Positions 43,501 to 52,569 are shown, counted from the first letter of the stretch. The stretch is 64,000 nucleotides of DNA from Candidatus Heimdallarchaeota archaeon (GCA_020353515.1 CP070695.1:3945460-4009459), one strand, 5' to 3'. The notes: generated by a model from the sequence alone, not told the origin. Numbers and translations are program-made.

Positions 43501-44258
43501 TGTTCTTCAATGTGTGTACGTTCAGTAATGTCACGAATAATCGTAATGACTTGCACGACTGATTCATCATGCAAAATTGGGATTTTACGAGTTTCTGTGA
43601 AAAATTTCTTACCATTAATCGTAGTAGCTTCTTCAGTGACTAGAGTTTGGCCTGAGGAAAATACAGTGTGGTACTCATTTAGAACGAGATCGGATAAGAA
43701 AGGGAATGCCTCACGAATGGTTTTCCCCACTAAAGGTGTTTCAAAATTGAGTTCTTTGAGCCACTCAGAAAAAGCTGGGTTTGCTAAGATTATTACGAAA
43801 TCTCGGTCAATGACGTGAAGTGGATCTCCTAGAGATTCAATAATGGTACGATATTGCTGTTCTGATGATCGTAGTAATTCTTCAGATTGCTTACGTTCTG
43901 TTATATCTCTTGCAATCCCTAAATATCCAGTGATTTGCCCATTAATGACTTGGGGGGTAGATTTTGCCTCTAAAGTTATAATATCCCCTGACTTGCCAAA
44001 AATTCGAGCTTCATAAGGTGGGACTGTTTCTCCATCGATAGTCGCCTCGAAGCCATTAACTACCACCGACGTATCTTCAGGATGAACAATCTCGAGAAAA
44101 TGTTTTCCAATCCATTCCTCCCGAGACCATCCTGTGACTTTTTCAAATTCTTTAGTAACTGACGTAATCATGCCATCAGAAGACAGAGAAAAGATAATAT
44201 CACGAATATTATCTAAAATAAACTGACTTTGCTCCTCAATAAGGGATAGAGTATCCAA
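40593..44258 (-). CDS. Multi-PAS (about 8) + DUF835-like + wHTH one-component sensor
   Basis: Repeated HP.D and DIT.RK PAS/PAC motifs; VILIDRLEYL; ISRPTVRKRI HTH; no kinase domain. Confidence 0.88.
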   Translation of the reverse strand: MDTLSLIEEQSQFILDNIRDIIFSLSSDGMITSVTKEFEKVTGWSREEWIGKHFLEIVHPEDTSVVVNGFEATIDGETVPPYEARIFGKSGDIITLEAKSTPQVINGQITGYLGIARDITERKQSEELLRSSEQQYRTIIESLGDPLHVIDRDFVIILANPAFSEWLKELNFETPLVGKTIREAFPFLSDLVLNEYHTVFSSGQTLVTEEATTINGKKFFTETRKIPILHDESVVQVITIIRDITERTHIEEQLRESEKNYRELISNLTDVVAEVDEEGKFIFVSPQIFDLFGYKPRELIGKNSYDFIHPNDIENAFRILTECLSGKQRFEFEYRIKHNKGHYIWVTASGKAIEHENNLKIVFGIRNITDQKRMKKAVQESEEKYRTLFENIPIGLYRSTPDHKFLAANPAFLNLVGLSSFDELIEIDSNHLAIIRKYPRDRFLREIEEKGEVMGLEFHLERPDGSVIHFRENARSIKDKHGKMQYYEGSVEDITDRINAQKALFNSEERLRSFMDGATDSFSLFDSDLNLIDINKTGLKTFLLGIEKTEVLGRNITEFHTNHEDILRYKEVLKTGIPYIAERVAPPQNYGDMTLSVKAFKVGDGLGIVAADITDRKNMENALRKSEERLRRFMDAATDSFTIWDSEFNLIDINKTGLGMLPVGTKKEDIIGKNIEEFDKQHLGKYEEVLRTGKPYLSDRIFRHPLTGERIVSVKAFKTEEGLGLISTDITKRKIVEDELRSTKFRLEYLLKSCPAVIYSCTPGGHFSTTFMSENIKDILGYQAKSFIDTPEFWEQKLHPDEKEQVSTTFKDILEEGNYSNTYRFQHKKGSYRWMLDEANLVKDEKGKPLEIVGFWSDITDYKRTEEALRESEEKFRSVFENSPLGIALTDLNFSFTEVNDVFKEMLGYQGNELTQRTILDITHEEHRERDEEHIKKLLNNEISSFQTEKRYLKKNEDILWVRVALSLLKDDKGNPLNFLLMVEDITAIKQREEELKKEFLKYKIQDGNVYLITEEVPTVSKTVFSELTTIGYKGFVASRTPNKDFRAYMEGEYDFFWLTEEKGYNRLINLIKNTPSKSVILIDRLEYLFLKEGLENAIQFVYKLKEITYLRNLVVILSIDSATISERELLILEKETHQIEPRFMAKIAEEYLEILRFVYQQNNLGLKPSYSGIGEGLKISRPTVRKRIKQLILTGYLHEHKKGKSKIVEISGKGRMLFLS

Positions 44259-44613
44259 AAAACCCTCATCTCCATAATTAAATTGATTAAAAGATTCGGG
44301 AATAGTAAAGCTATACTAGGTTTTAAAGTCTGTTAACAGATGAGGAGTGTTTTCTAAACCGACAAGAAAAAGAGGAGATTTTAGAATCAAACAATATATT
44401 CGCAAGGATGGTAAGAATCTCTCATTAAACCCCAATCTCAAGGAAAAAAATAGAAACATTATACGATCCATCCTTTTAAAACCTCAACTAAAAAGCCAAT
44501 ACTCGCCAATTACGTTTCCATGTTTTGCCGCGAAAATTGCCTAAAGTTTATATGTATGAAAATGAATATCTTGGATGGATGGAAAAGTGGGTGAAGTAGG
44601 AAAAGAATAATTA

Positions 44614-44751
44614 GTAGCTGAATGATGAAACGAGTGCAGCCACGCAATTAAAAACACCCCGAAAGCCATGGTGTTCCAACGAACCGAAAAAACTTTTTTT
44701 CTAAACGTTGGGACACCCTCCCTCCCCCCTCACACCTCTTATTTTGGCAAA
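44614..44751 (+). ncRNA. Putative structured ncRNA, copy B
   Basis: GGUGUUCCAACG (44670-81) pairs with CGUUGGGACACC (44706-17); compensatory change relative to copy A. Confidence 0.6.
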
Positions 44752-45009
44752 CTGACTTAATAAACTGCCCAATTTTGTCCTTAACTTTCTATATCTCCCT
44801 TATCATTTAATCATCTTTTCACGAGTTCTCTCTCTCCTAGAGCTTGTGATGTTAAGAAAGAATCTACTCGTTCCCTACCTTTGTAAAACTTTTTTAATCC
44901 CATTTCTTGTCATTATGTAATTCTTTGAATTAAGCGACGATTTGTCGCAGGAAGGGTTTTTCACCCCTTTTTCCTGCATTTGTATGATTAAATTCAGAAG
45001 TTGATTAGA

Positions 45010-46137
45010 ATGGCAAAATGGGATCTTACTATTTATGAATCTTCGGATAAAAAAGAAATCCGTAATCGTTTTCGGCTTACTAAGAAAACCATGACCGCGG
45101 CTGGTCAACATGGTAAGGCGATTATTTTAGAAGACGAAAAGAAGAAGGAATGGCTTCTCAAGACCTTTGCGAATATTATTGATTTTGAACTGAAAGAGAT
45201 TCAAGATTTAGAGGTTGATCTAAAAGAATCTCCTGAGGATAGTCGTGGTCGGATGCATTTATGGCGTACCTTTAATGAATTGACTGCTTCTCGCCTTGGC
45301 CGCTGTTTACACTTAAATGTCCCTGAGGCTATCATTGTATGTTCTCAACAGGTTGCTGATCATCCTCTCACCCAGACTACAACGTTACCTCTTGGTGATG
45401 TAATCATACTGGATGAGGATGAAGAAGGGGAGACTGCTGAAGAATACTATCAACTTTCTGGGCGAGAACCGTATACATTAGAGACCTCCTCCAAATTTGA
45501 AAAGATATTATCAGAGAAAGGGGGTCGTGGGGATCCTACGTCTGTCCTCGCAATTCTTCTCGAAAAAATCCCCGACACTATCAATCTTGACGAATTTTTG
45601 GACTCCTATGACGATGTGGATGAAGCCTTTCAAATTGTTCAGCAAATTGATGATGGATACACTCTTCTCCCCTTTGATGTTTGGTTGAATGACCCTGATC
45701 GAAATGCAGGCAACTACCTAGTCCAATTCGATAAATCAAAACAAGCACAAAAGATTTGGGGGATTGATTATGAGATGTGGGCACTAGGATCTGATATCTG
45801 GATGGAAGAAGATGAAATAACTAAAGGTAGAAGTTATCTTACTGCGATTATTCATCCTAAAAGTAATATTTTTGATCCACGAGTTAACGAAACTGTCTAT
45901 CGGATCCGTGAATTATCCGATGAATCCCTCTCTGCAATGACACGTACTCCTCAGCTAGCATGTAAATTCTTTGAATATCACATTAGCAAGCAAGGCCTTG
46001 ACCCTGATGAGAGAGTAAAGCTAAAACAAGCCGAAACCAACCTTGAAGACTTTCTCATTGAATCTCGACCTCGCTCCGACAAACTTAGCGATATCCTTGT
46101 CCGACAGATTGGTCTTCCAAAAGATTTCAAACCTTAA
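45010..46137 (+). CDS. HipA/PI3K-PI4K-like atypical kinase
   Basis: WLLK, NELTASRLG..L.LNVP, FDVWLNDPDRNAGN, WGIDYE. Confidence 0.75.
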   Translation: MAKWDLTIYESSDKKEIRNRFRLTKKTMTAAGQHGKAIILEDEKKKEWLLKTFANIIDFELKEIQDLEVDLKESPEDSRGRMHLWRTFNELTASRLGRCLHLNVPEAIIVCSQQVADHPLTQTTTLPLGDVIILDEDEEGETAEEYYQLSGREPYTLETSSKFEKILSEKGGRGDPTSVLAILLEKIPDTINLDEFLDSYDDVDEAFQIVQQIDDGYTLLPFDVWLNDPDRNAGNYLVQFDKSKQAQKIWGIDYEMWALGSDIWMEEDEITKGRSYLTAIIHPKSNIFDPRVNETVYRIRELSDESLSAMTRTPQLACKFFEYHISKQGLDPDERVKLKQAETNLEDFLIESRPRSDKLSDILVRQIGLPKDFKP

Positions 46138-46172
46138 CAAGGCTTCAATGAAAACCGTTTTCTTTTCCTTTT

Positions 46173-47606
46173 TTAATACTTTCCATCTGATGAGGATGTT
46201 CCCTTAACAATTGATACTGAGGCTGAGGCTCCAATACGGGTTGCGCCAGCCTTAATCATTTCTTCTGCTGCTTCGTGAGTTCTTATCCCTCCTGCTGCTT
46301 TAATTCCCATTTCAGGGCCAACAGTTTCTCTCATTAATGCTACATCCTCAACAAGTGCTCCTGCTGTACTAAACCCAGTGGACGTTTTAACGAAGTCTGC
46401 TCCTCCTAACTTAGATAAAAGACTTCCTTTAATTATCTCTTCCTTTGATAATAGCGCGGTTTCTAAAATGACTTTAACAAGAGCTTTTCCTTCTGCTGCT
46501 TGGACAACTGCTTCGATATCTTTTCTAACGAGATCATCATTCCCTGATTTTAACGCCCCCACATTAATGACCATATCAACTTCCTCTGCTCCATTTGCAA
46601 TCGCATCACGAGTTTCTATTGCTTTCACGGTTGGGGTAGTTGCCCCTAAGGGAAATCCAATGACTGTGCACACCTTCACAGGACTATCTTGGAGAAAGGA
46701 TTTGGCCAGTTTGACATTGGTTGGATTGACACAAACTGAAGCAAATTCATATTCTTTGGCTTCTTCACAGAGTTTTCTTATCTCTTCTTCTGTTGCATCA
46801 GCTTTTAGTACAGTGTGATCGATATATCTTGCTAAAGCTTGGTCAAAATTAGTCTGTCCAGGTTCCACTCCTATTCGTGATGCTCCACCATTAACTAAAA
46901 TTTGATACGCTGCTGTATATTCGTTAGCCACTTCTTTTCCAGCTGAACTAACAGTATATGGTAATTCCATTGATGGAATCGCCCGTACGGGGATTTCTCT
47001 AGTCATTTCACGTATATCAAGTACTGTTATCCCGATCTCTCTCAATTGGTTAATAATCTGGGTTATTCGTTGTATTACTGGTTGAGGAATATCTTCTGGT
47101 GATTTCTGACAACAAAAGATTGAATTCTTTGCAGCTATGACTGGAACGCCATTCATAAGGGCAAAAACCATGGTAATGGTTCCAAGGGAATCAGCATTCA
47201 ATGCTGCTACTTTTGCAGCGGTATTTAAGGATAAGACAGGAACATACAAAGTATCTGTATATGGTAATATTTTCTCATGAAATTCTTGAGTATACTCGGT
47301 GACGATTGTTCCTCCCTCGGAGAGACCTCTTATTTTTGGAATTCCAATTATTTGTTCTGCGGATTTTGTCATAACAACATAGATATTCGAGTAACGACTC
47401 ACAATAATAGCAATTTGACGATAAACTTCTTCTAGTTCCATATCACCCCCACAAAGTAAGATTATGACTGAATTATAGGTACTTACTGATCTTTTTGGGC
47501 CTTGGATAGGTGAAAGCACTGACTCCTTTTGAACAGCTCTTTCTTGACCTAATTTCGACAATACCTGCTCTGATATTCTTCGAACTAGCTCTTCATCTAT
47601 TTCCAT
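46173..47606 (-). CDS. deoC: Encapsulation peptide + flavoprotein-like domain + deoxyribose-phosphate aldolase
   Basis: [35 protein letters not shown]; N-domain [14 protein letters not shown]. Confidence 0.92.
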   Translation of the reverse strand: MEIDEELVRRISEQVLSKLGQERAVQKESVLSPIQGPKRSVSTYNSVIILLCGGDMELEEVYRQIAIIVSRYSNIYVVMTKSAEQIIGIPKIRGLSEGGTIVTEYTQEFHEKILPYTDTLYVPVLSLNTAAKVAALNADSLGTITMVFALMNGVPVIAAKNSIFCCQKSPEDIPQPVIQRITQIINQLREIGITVLDIREMTREIPVRAIPSMELPYTVSSAGKEVANEYTAAYQILVNGGASRIGVEPGQTNFDQALARYIDHTVLKADATEEEIRKLCEEAKEYEFASVCVNPTNVKLAKSFLQDSPVKVCTVIGFPLGATTPTVKAIETRDAIANGAEEVDMVINVGALKSGNDDLVRKDIEAVVQAAEGKALVKVILETALLSKEEIIKGSLLSKLGGADFVKTSTGFSTAGALVEDVALMRETVGPEMGIKAAGGIRTHEAAEEMIKAGATRIGASASVSIVKGTSSSDGKY

Positions 47607-47608
47607 TA

Positions 47609-47917
47609 CTAACTTCTCCTATAACTTTCAGTTAAATCCCGTTGTTCTCCTTTGGTTTTGATAAAGTCCACAATTCCTACTACTAACGCATCGACCGCCC
47701 CTTTATCATCTTTCATAATACCACGAATAGAATTTCCTTCTTGTATTATAAGTACACAATCTCCTATTCCAGCTTGAGCAGTATCAAGAGCTATGAATGA
47801 ATCACCAGAAAATTTGCCATTTAAATCTACAGGACGAACGACTAGAATTTTATAATTCTCATGACTCTCTGTCTTAATGGTTGCCACAAGTGTACCAATT
47901 ACTCTAGCCAAAATCAT
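47609..47917 (-). CDS. BMC-P vertex protein (EutN/CcmL family)
   Basis: [15 protein letters not shown]...[11 protein letters not shown]...DALVVGIVD. Confidence 0.95.
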   Translation of the reverse strand: MILARVIGTLVATIKTESHENYKILVVRPVDLNGKFSGDSFIALDTAQAGIGDCVLIIQEGNSIRGIMKDDKGAVDALVVGIVDFIKTKGEQRDLTESYRRS

Positions 47918-47925
47918 TGTTTTTT

Positions 47926-48366
47926 CTACTCCGAAGGTTTCTTCGTTTGAGGAGGTTTGGTTTTAGCGATTGTTTTCCTAGGGGCCCTTCTCCTTGAAGG
48001 TTTTTTCTTTGGAGGTTCTCTTGTTTTCGCAGGTTCTATATCTTCACTCACTATTTCTACTTTCTCTTTGATTGGTTTAGTTTTCTTTTTTGCAGCTTCA
48101 ACCACAGTATATTCCTCAACAAAACCAACAACGCATTCATCTATAGGAACTAATTCTCTAGGTATCGCAATAGCAGCCTCCTTCTTACTGACGATATAAA
48201 CTATATCTCCCTCTCCTGCAGTATATATTCCATCAGCAGCCACATAAGGGTTCCCAATAGGTTGGAAATTATCATCCAAACCTTGAATAATAAGGAAGCG
48301 CAATCCTTCAAGTCCAGGGTCTTTCACAGTAGCTACGACATTACCAATGACTTTTCCAAGCTTCAA
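47926..48366 (-). CDS. BMC-P vertex protein with basic C-terminal tail
   Basis: MKLGKVIGNVVATVK...AADG..AGEGD...DECVVGFVE plus Lys/Pro tail. Confidence 0.93.
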   Translation of the reverse strand: MKLGKVIGNVVATVKDPGLEGLRFLIIQGLDDNFQPIGNPYVAADGIYTAGEGDIVYIVSKKEAAIAIPRELVPIDECVVGFVEEYTVVEAAKKKTKPIKEKVEIVSEDIEPAKTREPPKKKPSRRRAPRKTIAKTKPPQTKKPSE

Positions 48367-48370
48367 GATC

Positions 48371-48823
48371 TTACAACAACTTCTTTTTTTCTAATTCGCG
48401 AATCTTATTTACACGGCGTTCATGACGACCCCCCCCGAAAGGAGTTTTTAACCACATTTTCACGATTTTTTGAGCCGTTTCTGCATCTATTACTCGAGCC
48501 CCAAGAGTTAGAATATTTGAATCATTGTGTTCTCGTGCTGAATGGGCGGTGAATTCGTCTGTACATGGTGTCGCTCTAATATTCTTGATTTTGTTGGCAA
48601 CGATTGCACTTGCCACACCAGTGCCATCAATGATGATCCCTTTACTCTCTAGCGAAACTGCAATATCTTGGGCCACTGATACAGCAATATCGGGGTAGTC
48701 TACTGCATCAGAAGTATAACACCCATAATCTTCTACTTCATAACCAAGACCTCTTATGAAGGCAATAAGATGTTTCTTCAATTCAAATCCACCATGATCG
48801 CTACCAATGATTATCTTTTTCAT
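48371..48823 (-). CDS. rpiB: RpiB/LacAB-family sugar-phosphate isomerase
   Basis: GSDHGG, VDYPD, ANK, AREHNDSN, FGGGRHERRV. Confidence 0.92.
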   Translation of the reverse strand: MKKIIIGSDHGGFELKKHLIAFIRGLGYEVEDYGCYTSDAVDYPDIAVSVAQDIAVSLESKGIIIDGTGVASAIVANKIKNIRATPCTDEFTAHSAREHNDSNILTLGARVIDAETAQKIVKMWLKTPFGGGRHERRVNKIRELEKKKLL

Positions 48824-48853
48824 TTTTATGCCTCACATCGATCATACTTACTA

Positions 48854-49402
48854 TTATAATAAATGTTTTAGCAAATCTTTGTGCGGAGCTGGAATAATTG
48901 TAGTAGACAGAACCAAACCTTCATCTTTTACCCGATTTACAGCTGCACTGATTGCAGCTTTAACTGCTCCTACTTCACCTGTGAATAATGCAAAAGCTTT
49001 ACCCCCCAAGGCACGACTCAGTCGTATCTCGATCAATTTAATTTTGGCACTTTTGACTGCCTCATCAGCAGCCATAACTGCTGAGGGTGCTGAATAAGTT
49101 TCTATCATTCCAATGGCACCAATTTCTTCGACAGAAGTAGTTCCACTAATCGCTGGAAATACTTCAGGATGAACATTAGGGATAATTGTGAACCCAGTTA
49201 CAGTTTCTCCAGCTGTCCTGCTACCTATATCCATTGAGCTTTTTATTGACGAGATTGTACCTTGAATTATGATCAAGTATTTTCCTGGACATACGGGTGT
49301 CGAAACCAATAATTTCACATCAGCAGCTTTAGCCATGGAATCGGCAGCAAGAAGTCCTCTCGCCATGACATTGGTTTCTATGATTCCAATTGCACGCATC
49401 AT
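48854..49402 (-). CDS. pduT: BMC-T tandem shell protein, PduT-like
   Basis: Two BMC domains; CPGKY motif; LGGKAF. Confidence 0.88.
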   Translation of the reverse strand: MMRAIGIIETNVMARGLLAADSMAKAADVKLLVSTPVCPGKYLIIIQGTISSIKSSMDIGSRTAGETVTGFTIIPNVHPEVFPAISGTTSVEEIGAIGMIETYSAPSAVMAADEAVKSAKIKLIEIRLSRALGGKAFALFTGEVGAVKAAISAAVNRVKDEGLVLSTTIIPAPHKDLLKHLL

Positions 49403-49483
49403 AATGACCTATCAAGTCTAAAGCAGAAAAATAGTCTATTGTACAGAGATGCTTAAAAGGCATCCATTCGTACAAATATCAAA

Positions 49484-49759
49484 CTATTTTCCTGGTAATA
49501 TAGTTTCGACTTCTTCGTGTGGACTTGGGATCACATGTGCTGATATTAATTCGCCAACTTTACGACCAGCAAGAGCCCCTGCTTCAACAGATGCTTTTAC
49601 AGCTCCTACATCGCCACGAACCATCACAGTCACATAACCGCCACCTATTATTTCTTTTCCAATAAGGTGGACGTTTGCTGCTTTTACCATCGCATCAGCT
49701 GCTTCAATAGAAGCAACTAAACCCTTAGTTTCAATTAAACCTAATGCTTCTTTAGCCAT
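49484..49759 (-). CDS. BMC-H hexameric shell protein (PduA/EutM-like)
   Basis: [26 protein letters not shown]...[11 protein letters not shown]...HVIPSPH; GGTGA SD. Confidence 0.97.
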   Translation of the reverse strand: MAKEALGLIETKGLVASIEAADAMVKAANVHLIGKEIIGGGYVTVMVRGDVGAVKASVEAGALAGRKVGELISAHVIPSPHEEVETILPGK

Positions 49760-49784
49760 TTTTGTTCACCAAATCTTTTTTTTT

Positions 49785-51116
49785 CTAGTTTTTGTTTTCT
49801 ATTATTATTTCATCTTGGATCTTTGTGATAGTTCCATCGATACTTGCATGAACCATCGCTCCAAGAGAATCTTCAGGAATTCTTCCTATCACATCACCTT
49901 CAGACACTTTATCCCCAATTTTTACTGTAGGGATCGCCTGAATACCAATGTGCTGTTTTAAGGGAATTCTCACATAATTAATTTTCAATGTTGGTGTTGT
50001 TATTGGAGATTTCAGATGATCATAATCAGTTAACCCTAACCTTGAGACAAGCCTTTTGGTAGGTAATCGTCTTATCCCCCTTTCAGGATGTATTTCTAAT
50101 TCCTTACGTCTATGAGGATTTTTCATTCCTTCAGTAATTAGCTGATTTTTGATTTCCCATACGATTTTGGCTGGGTCAAGTCCCATGGGACATCCATAAT
50201 ATGTACATGCCCCACAAAATACACACAAAAAGCTACCCGTCAAATCACTATTTTTTACCTCTCCTCCGAATGAAACTACTCGCATGATTCTATCAGGATA
50301 TAAATTATGACCAAGTAAATGCCGAGGACAGACTACGGTACATAATTCACACTTTATGCAAGCAGCATTTGAGATAACAACCTTACGTGGCATCATTTGG
50401 GATTTCATTGATATTAAAAAGTGATCTGCAGGTAGTACAATAATGCCAGATGTTGTTTTTACAATTGGTGACCTAAGATCAGGTAATAATTCTCCCATTA
50501 TAGGCCCTCCTACTATGACCTTATAGGAATCTACTGTTGGACCTCCAGCCAATTTAATTGCAGTTTCTATAGGAGTTCCAATGGGAAAATTGATTGTTTG
50601 AGGTTTTTTCACTGCACCTGATATCGTCACATATCGGGAAATAACGGGTTTTCCCTCCGTAGCTTCGGCCATATGAACCAAAGTACCGATATTATTAACG
50701 ACTACTCCAATATCAAGAGGAATTCCTCCTTCAGGAACAGATTTTTGAAGTATATCTTGAACTAGGACGAACTCATCTCCAGCAGGATAATAATCTTCGA
50801 GAAGAAATAGTTCAATATTCTTTTCTTCAGAAATTACCTTTTTAATTGCATTAACTGAAGGAGAAAATTTCTTTTTTATTGCAATAACTCCTTTTTTCGC
50901 TCCTGTTGCCTTCATCCCTAATTTAAGACCTTCTATTACCTTTTCAGGAAACAAAGCCATTAATTGTTGATCTACACTTAATAGAGGTTCACATTCAGCA
51001 CCATTAGCAATATATGTATTGACTCTGGCAGATATCTTGACGTGTGTGGGAAATCCCGCACCTCCAGCTCCAATGATTCCTGCTTTTCTCACCATTTCTA
51101 CCAAGTCAGTACTCAC
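49785..51116 (-). CDS. pduS: PduS/RnfC-like FMN and Fe-S oxidoreductase
   Basis: GAGGAGFPT, NGAECEP, CIKCELC..CP, CVFCGAC..CP, C-terminal QHIG...VHASIDG. Confidence 0.9.
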   Translation of the reverse strand: MSTDLVEMVRKAGIIGAGGAGFPTHVKISARVNTYIANGAECEPLLSVDQQLMALFPEKVIEGLKLGMKATGAKKGVIAIKKKFSPSVNAIKKVISEEKNIELFLLEDYYPAGDEFVLVQDILQKSVPEGGIPLDIGVVVNNIGTLVHMAEATEGKPVISRYVTISGAVKKPQTINFPIGTPIETAIKLAGGPTVDSYKVIVGGPIMGELLPDLRSPIVKTTSGIIVLPADHFLISMKSQMMPRKVVISNAACIKCELCTVVCPRHLLGHNLYPDRIMRVVSFGGEVKNSDLTGSFLCVFCGACTYYGCPMGLDPAKIVWEIKNQLITEGMKNPHRRKELEIHPERGIRRLPTKRLVSRLGLTDYDHLKSPITTPTLKINYVRIPLKQHIGIQAIPTVKIGDKVSEGDVIGRIPEDSLGAMVHASIDGTITKIQDEIIIENKN

Positions 51117-51141
51117 TTTTTTCTATCCTTCTTTTTATGCT

Positions 51142-52569
51142 TTATACTATTCTAAATGCATCAACTAAAACACACCGTCGTTGACGGGTGAAAGTTCGCG
51201 CTGAGGTTAACCCTTCTCCCGTTGGTCCAGCAATCGTCATGGTAGTATAGCCTTCGCCTCCAAATCCAAGCCCAGCATATGAGGGGGCGTTTTTTACAAA
51301 AATAGTGGTTTCAATGTGTTTTGCTACGAGACTCATGTTTCCTAAACTATCGCTCCACATCGTTGCAGTGTGTTTAAAGCCATGTTCTGCTTTTTTCGCC
51401 CTTGCAAGAGCTTCTTCGATAGTATTTACACGAACGATTGGAAGAATAGGCATTAGTTGTTCTGTGACAACAAAAGGATGCGTATCATCGGGTACTTCTG
51501 CTATTATTAACCGAATATCATCTCCTACTCTGATTCCGATCTGTTCCAGAATATCTGGAGCATTTTTACCGATGAATTTCACGTTTTTTATAGGATGTTT
51601 CTCTCCAGTCGCAGTAAAGACAAGTTTTACCAACTCATCAATTTGCCTTCCTTTTACTTCATACGCACCGTACCTTTGCATTTCAGCCATAAGTTCATCA
51701 ATAATGTTCTCAAATGCAAATACTTCTTTTTCTGCTATACATACAATATTGTTATCAAAACTTGCTCCTTCTATAATTCCCCGAGCTGCTTTCTGGATAT
51801 CCGCTGTATCATCAACAATCACAGGTGGATTTCCTGGGCCAGCAGCAACAGTTTTCTTTCCTGACGTCATTGCTGCCTTTACTACTGCTCCTCCTCCAGT
51901 AACAACTAGACAGCGAATTTTCGGGTGCTTCATTACTGCCTGAGCTGTTTGTATTGTCGGATTGATCACAGAAGTTAGGACATTTTCAGGGCCTCCAGCT
52001 TCAATAATGGCCCGATTCATTAAGCGTATTGTTTCGTTTGTAGCCCTCTTTGCTGCGGGATGAGGATTAAATAAAACAGTATTTCCTGCTGAAACCATAG
52101 AGATAGAATTATTAATTATTGTGGCTGTGGGATTTGTAGAGGGAGTTATAGACCCAATCACTCCATATGGTGCCATTTCAACAAGGGTTAACCCCCGATC
52201 CCCTGTCCATGTTGTTGATTCTAAATCCTCAACTCCAGGTGTTTTTCTTGCACATAGAAGATTTTTAGCTGTTTTATCTTCCAAGCGACCTATACCTGTA
52301 TCTTGAACAGCTAATTCTGCTAGATAACGGGCATGCTTAGTTGCCATATCTCTCATGGAATTAATTATCTCTTTCCTCTTCTCCAGTGAAATAGAAGATA
52401 GTGTACTGTACGCTGCTTCTGATGCTGTTATAGCTTCATCAATAGTTTGAAAGATACCTCCTCCTGATGTAATGGGGATGTTGTCTATTCCAGAATAGAC
52501 TTGATATGCACGAATTCTTTTAACAACTGTATTTACAATCTTGGAGATTTCCTGTTCATCAATTGTCAT
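51142..52569 (-). CDS. eutE: CoA-acylating aldehyde dehydrogenase (EutE/PduP family) with N-terminal encapsulation peptide
   Basis: PSTNPT, VTGG, GPGNPP, FDNNIVCIAEKE, TIAGPTGEG, RQRRC. Confidence 0.93.
   Translation of the reverse strand: MTIDEQEISKIVNTVVKRIRAYQVYSGIDNIPITSGGGIFQTIDEAITASEAAYSTLSSISLEKRKEIINSMRDMATKHARYLAELAVQDTGIGRLEDKTAKNLLCARKTPGVEDLESTTWTGDRGLTLVEMAPYGVIGSITPSTNPTATIINNSISMVSAGNTVLFNPHPAAKRATNETIRLMNRAIIEAGGPENVLTSVINPTIQTAQAVMKHPKIRCLVVTGGGAVVKAAMTSGKKTVAAGPGNPPVIVDDTADIQKAARGIIEGASFDNNIVCIAEKEVFAFENIIDELMAEMQRYGAYEVKGRQIDELVKLVFTATGEKHPIKNVKFIGKNAPDILEQIGIRVGDDIRLIIAEVPDDTHPFVVTEQLMPILPIVRVNTIEEALARAKKAEHGFKHTATMWSDSLGNMSLVAKHIETTIFVKNAPSYAGLGFGGEGYTTMTIAGPTGEGLTSARTFTRQRRCVLVDAFRIV

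Noticed and set aside
37863-44751. Inverted repeats as the ends of a composite transposon or invertible segment
   Set aside because: No transposase or recombinase nearby, the cargo includes essential metG, and the copies are diverged with structure-preserving changes
44614-44760. Box C/D sRNA (AUGAUGA ... CUGA), SECIS, or ORB origin element
   Set aside because: The C and D boxes are not kept in copy A; no adjacent UGA-containing gene was found; the G-string is on the wrong strand for an ORB and no cdc6 is nearby
44347-45111. ORFs 44347-44544 and 44875-45111
   Set aside because: No motifs; they occupy promoter regions or overlap the kinase start
46378-52306. Long antisense ORFs (46378-46818, 51305-51943) and similar short shadow ORFs elsewhere
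   Set aside because: They lie opposite well-supported genes and carry no motifs
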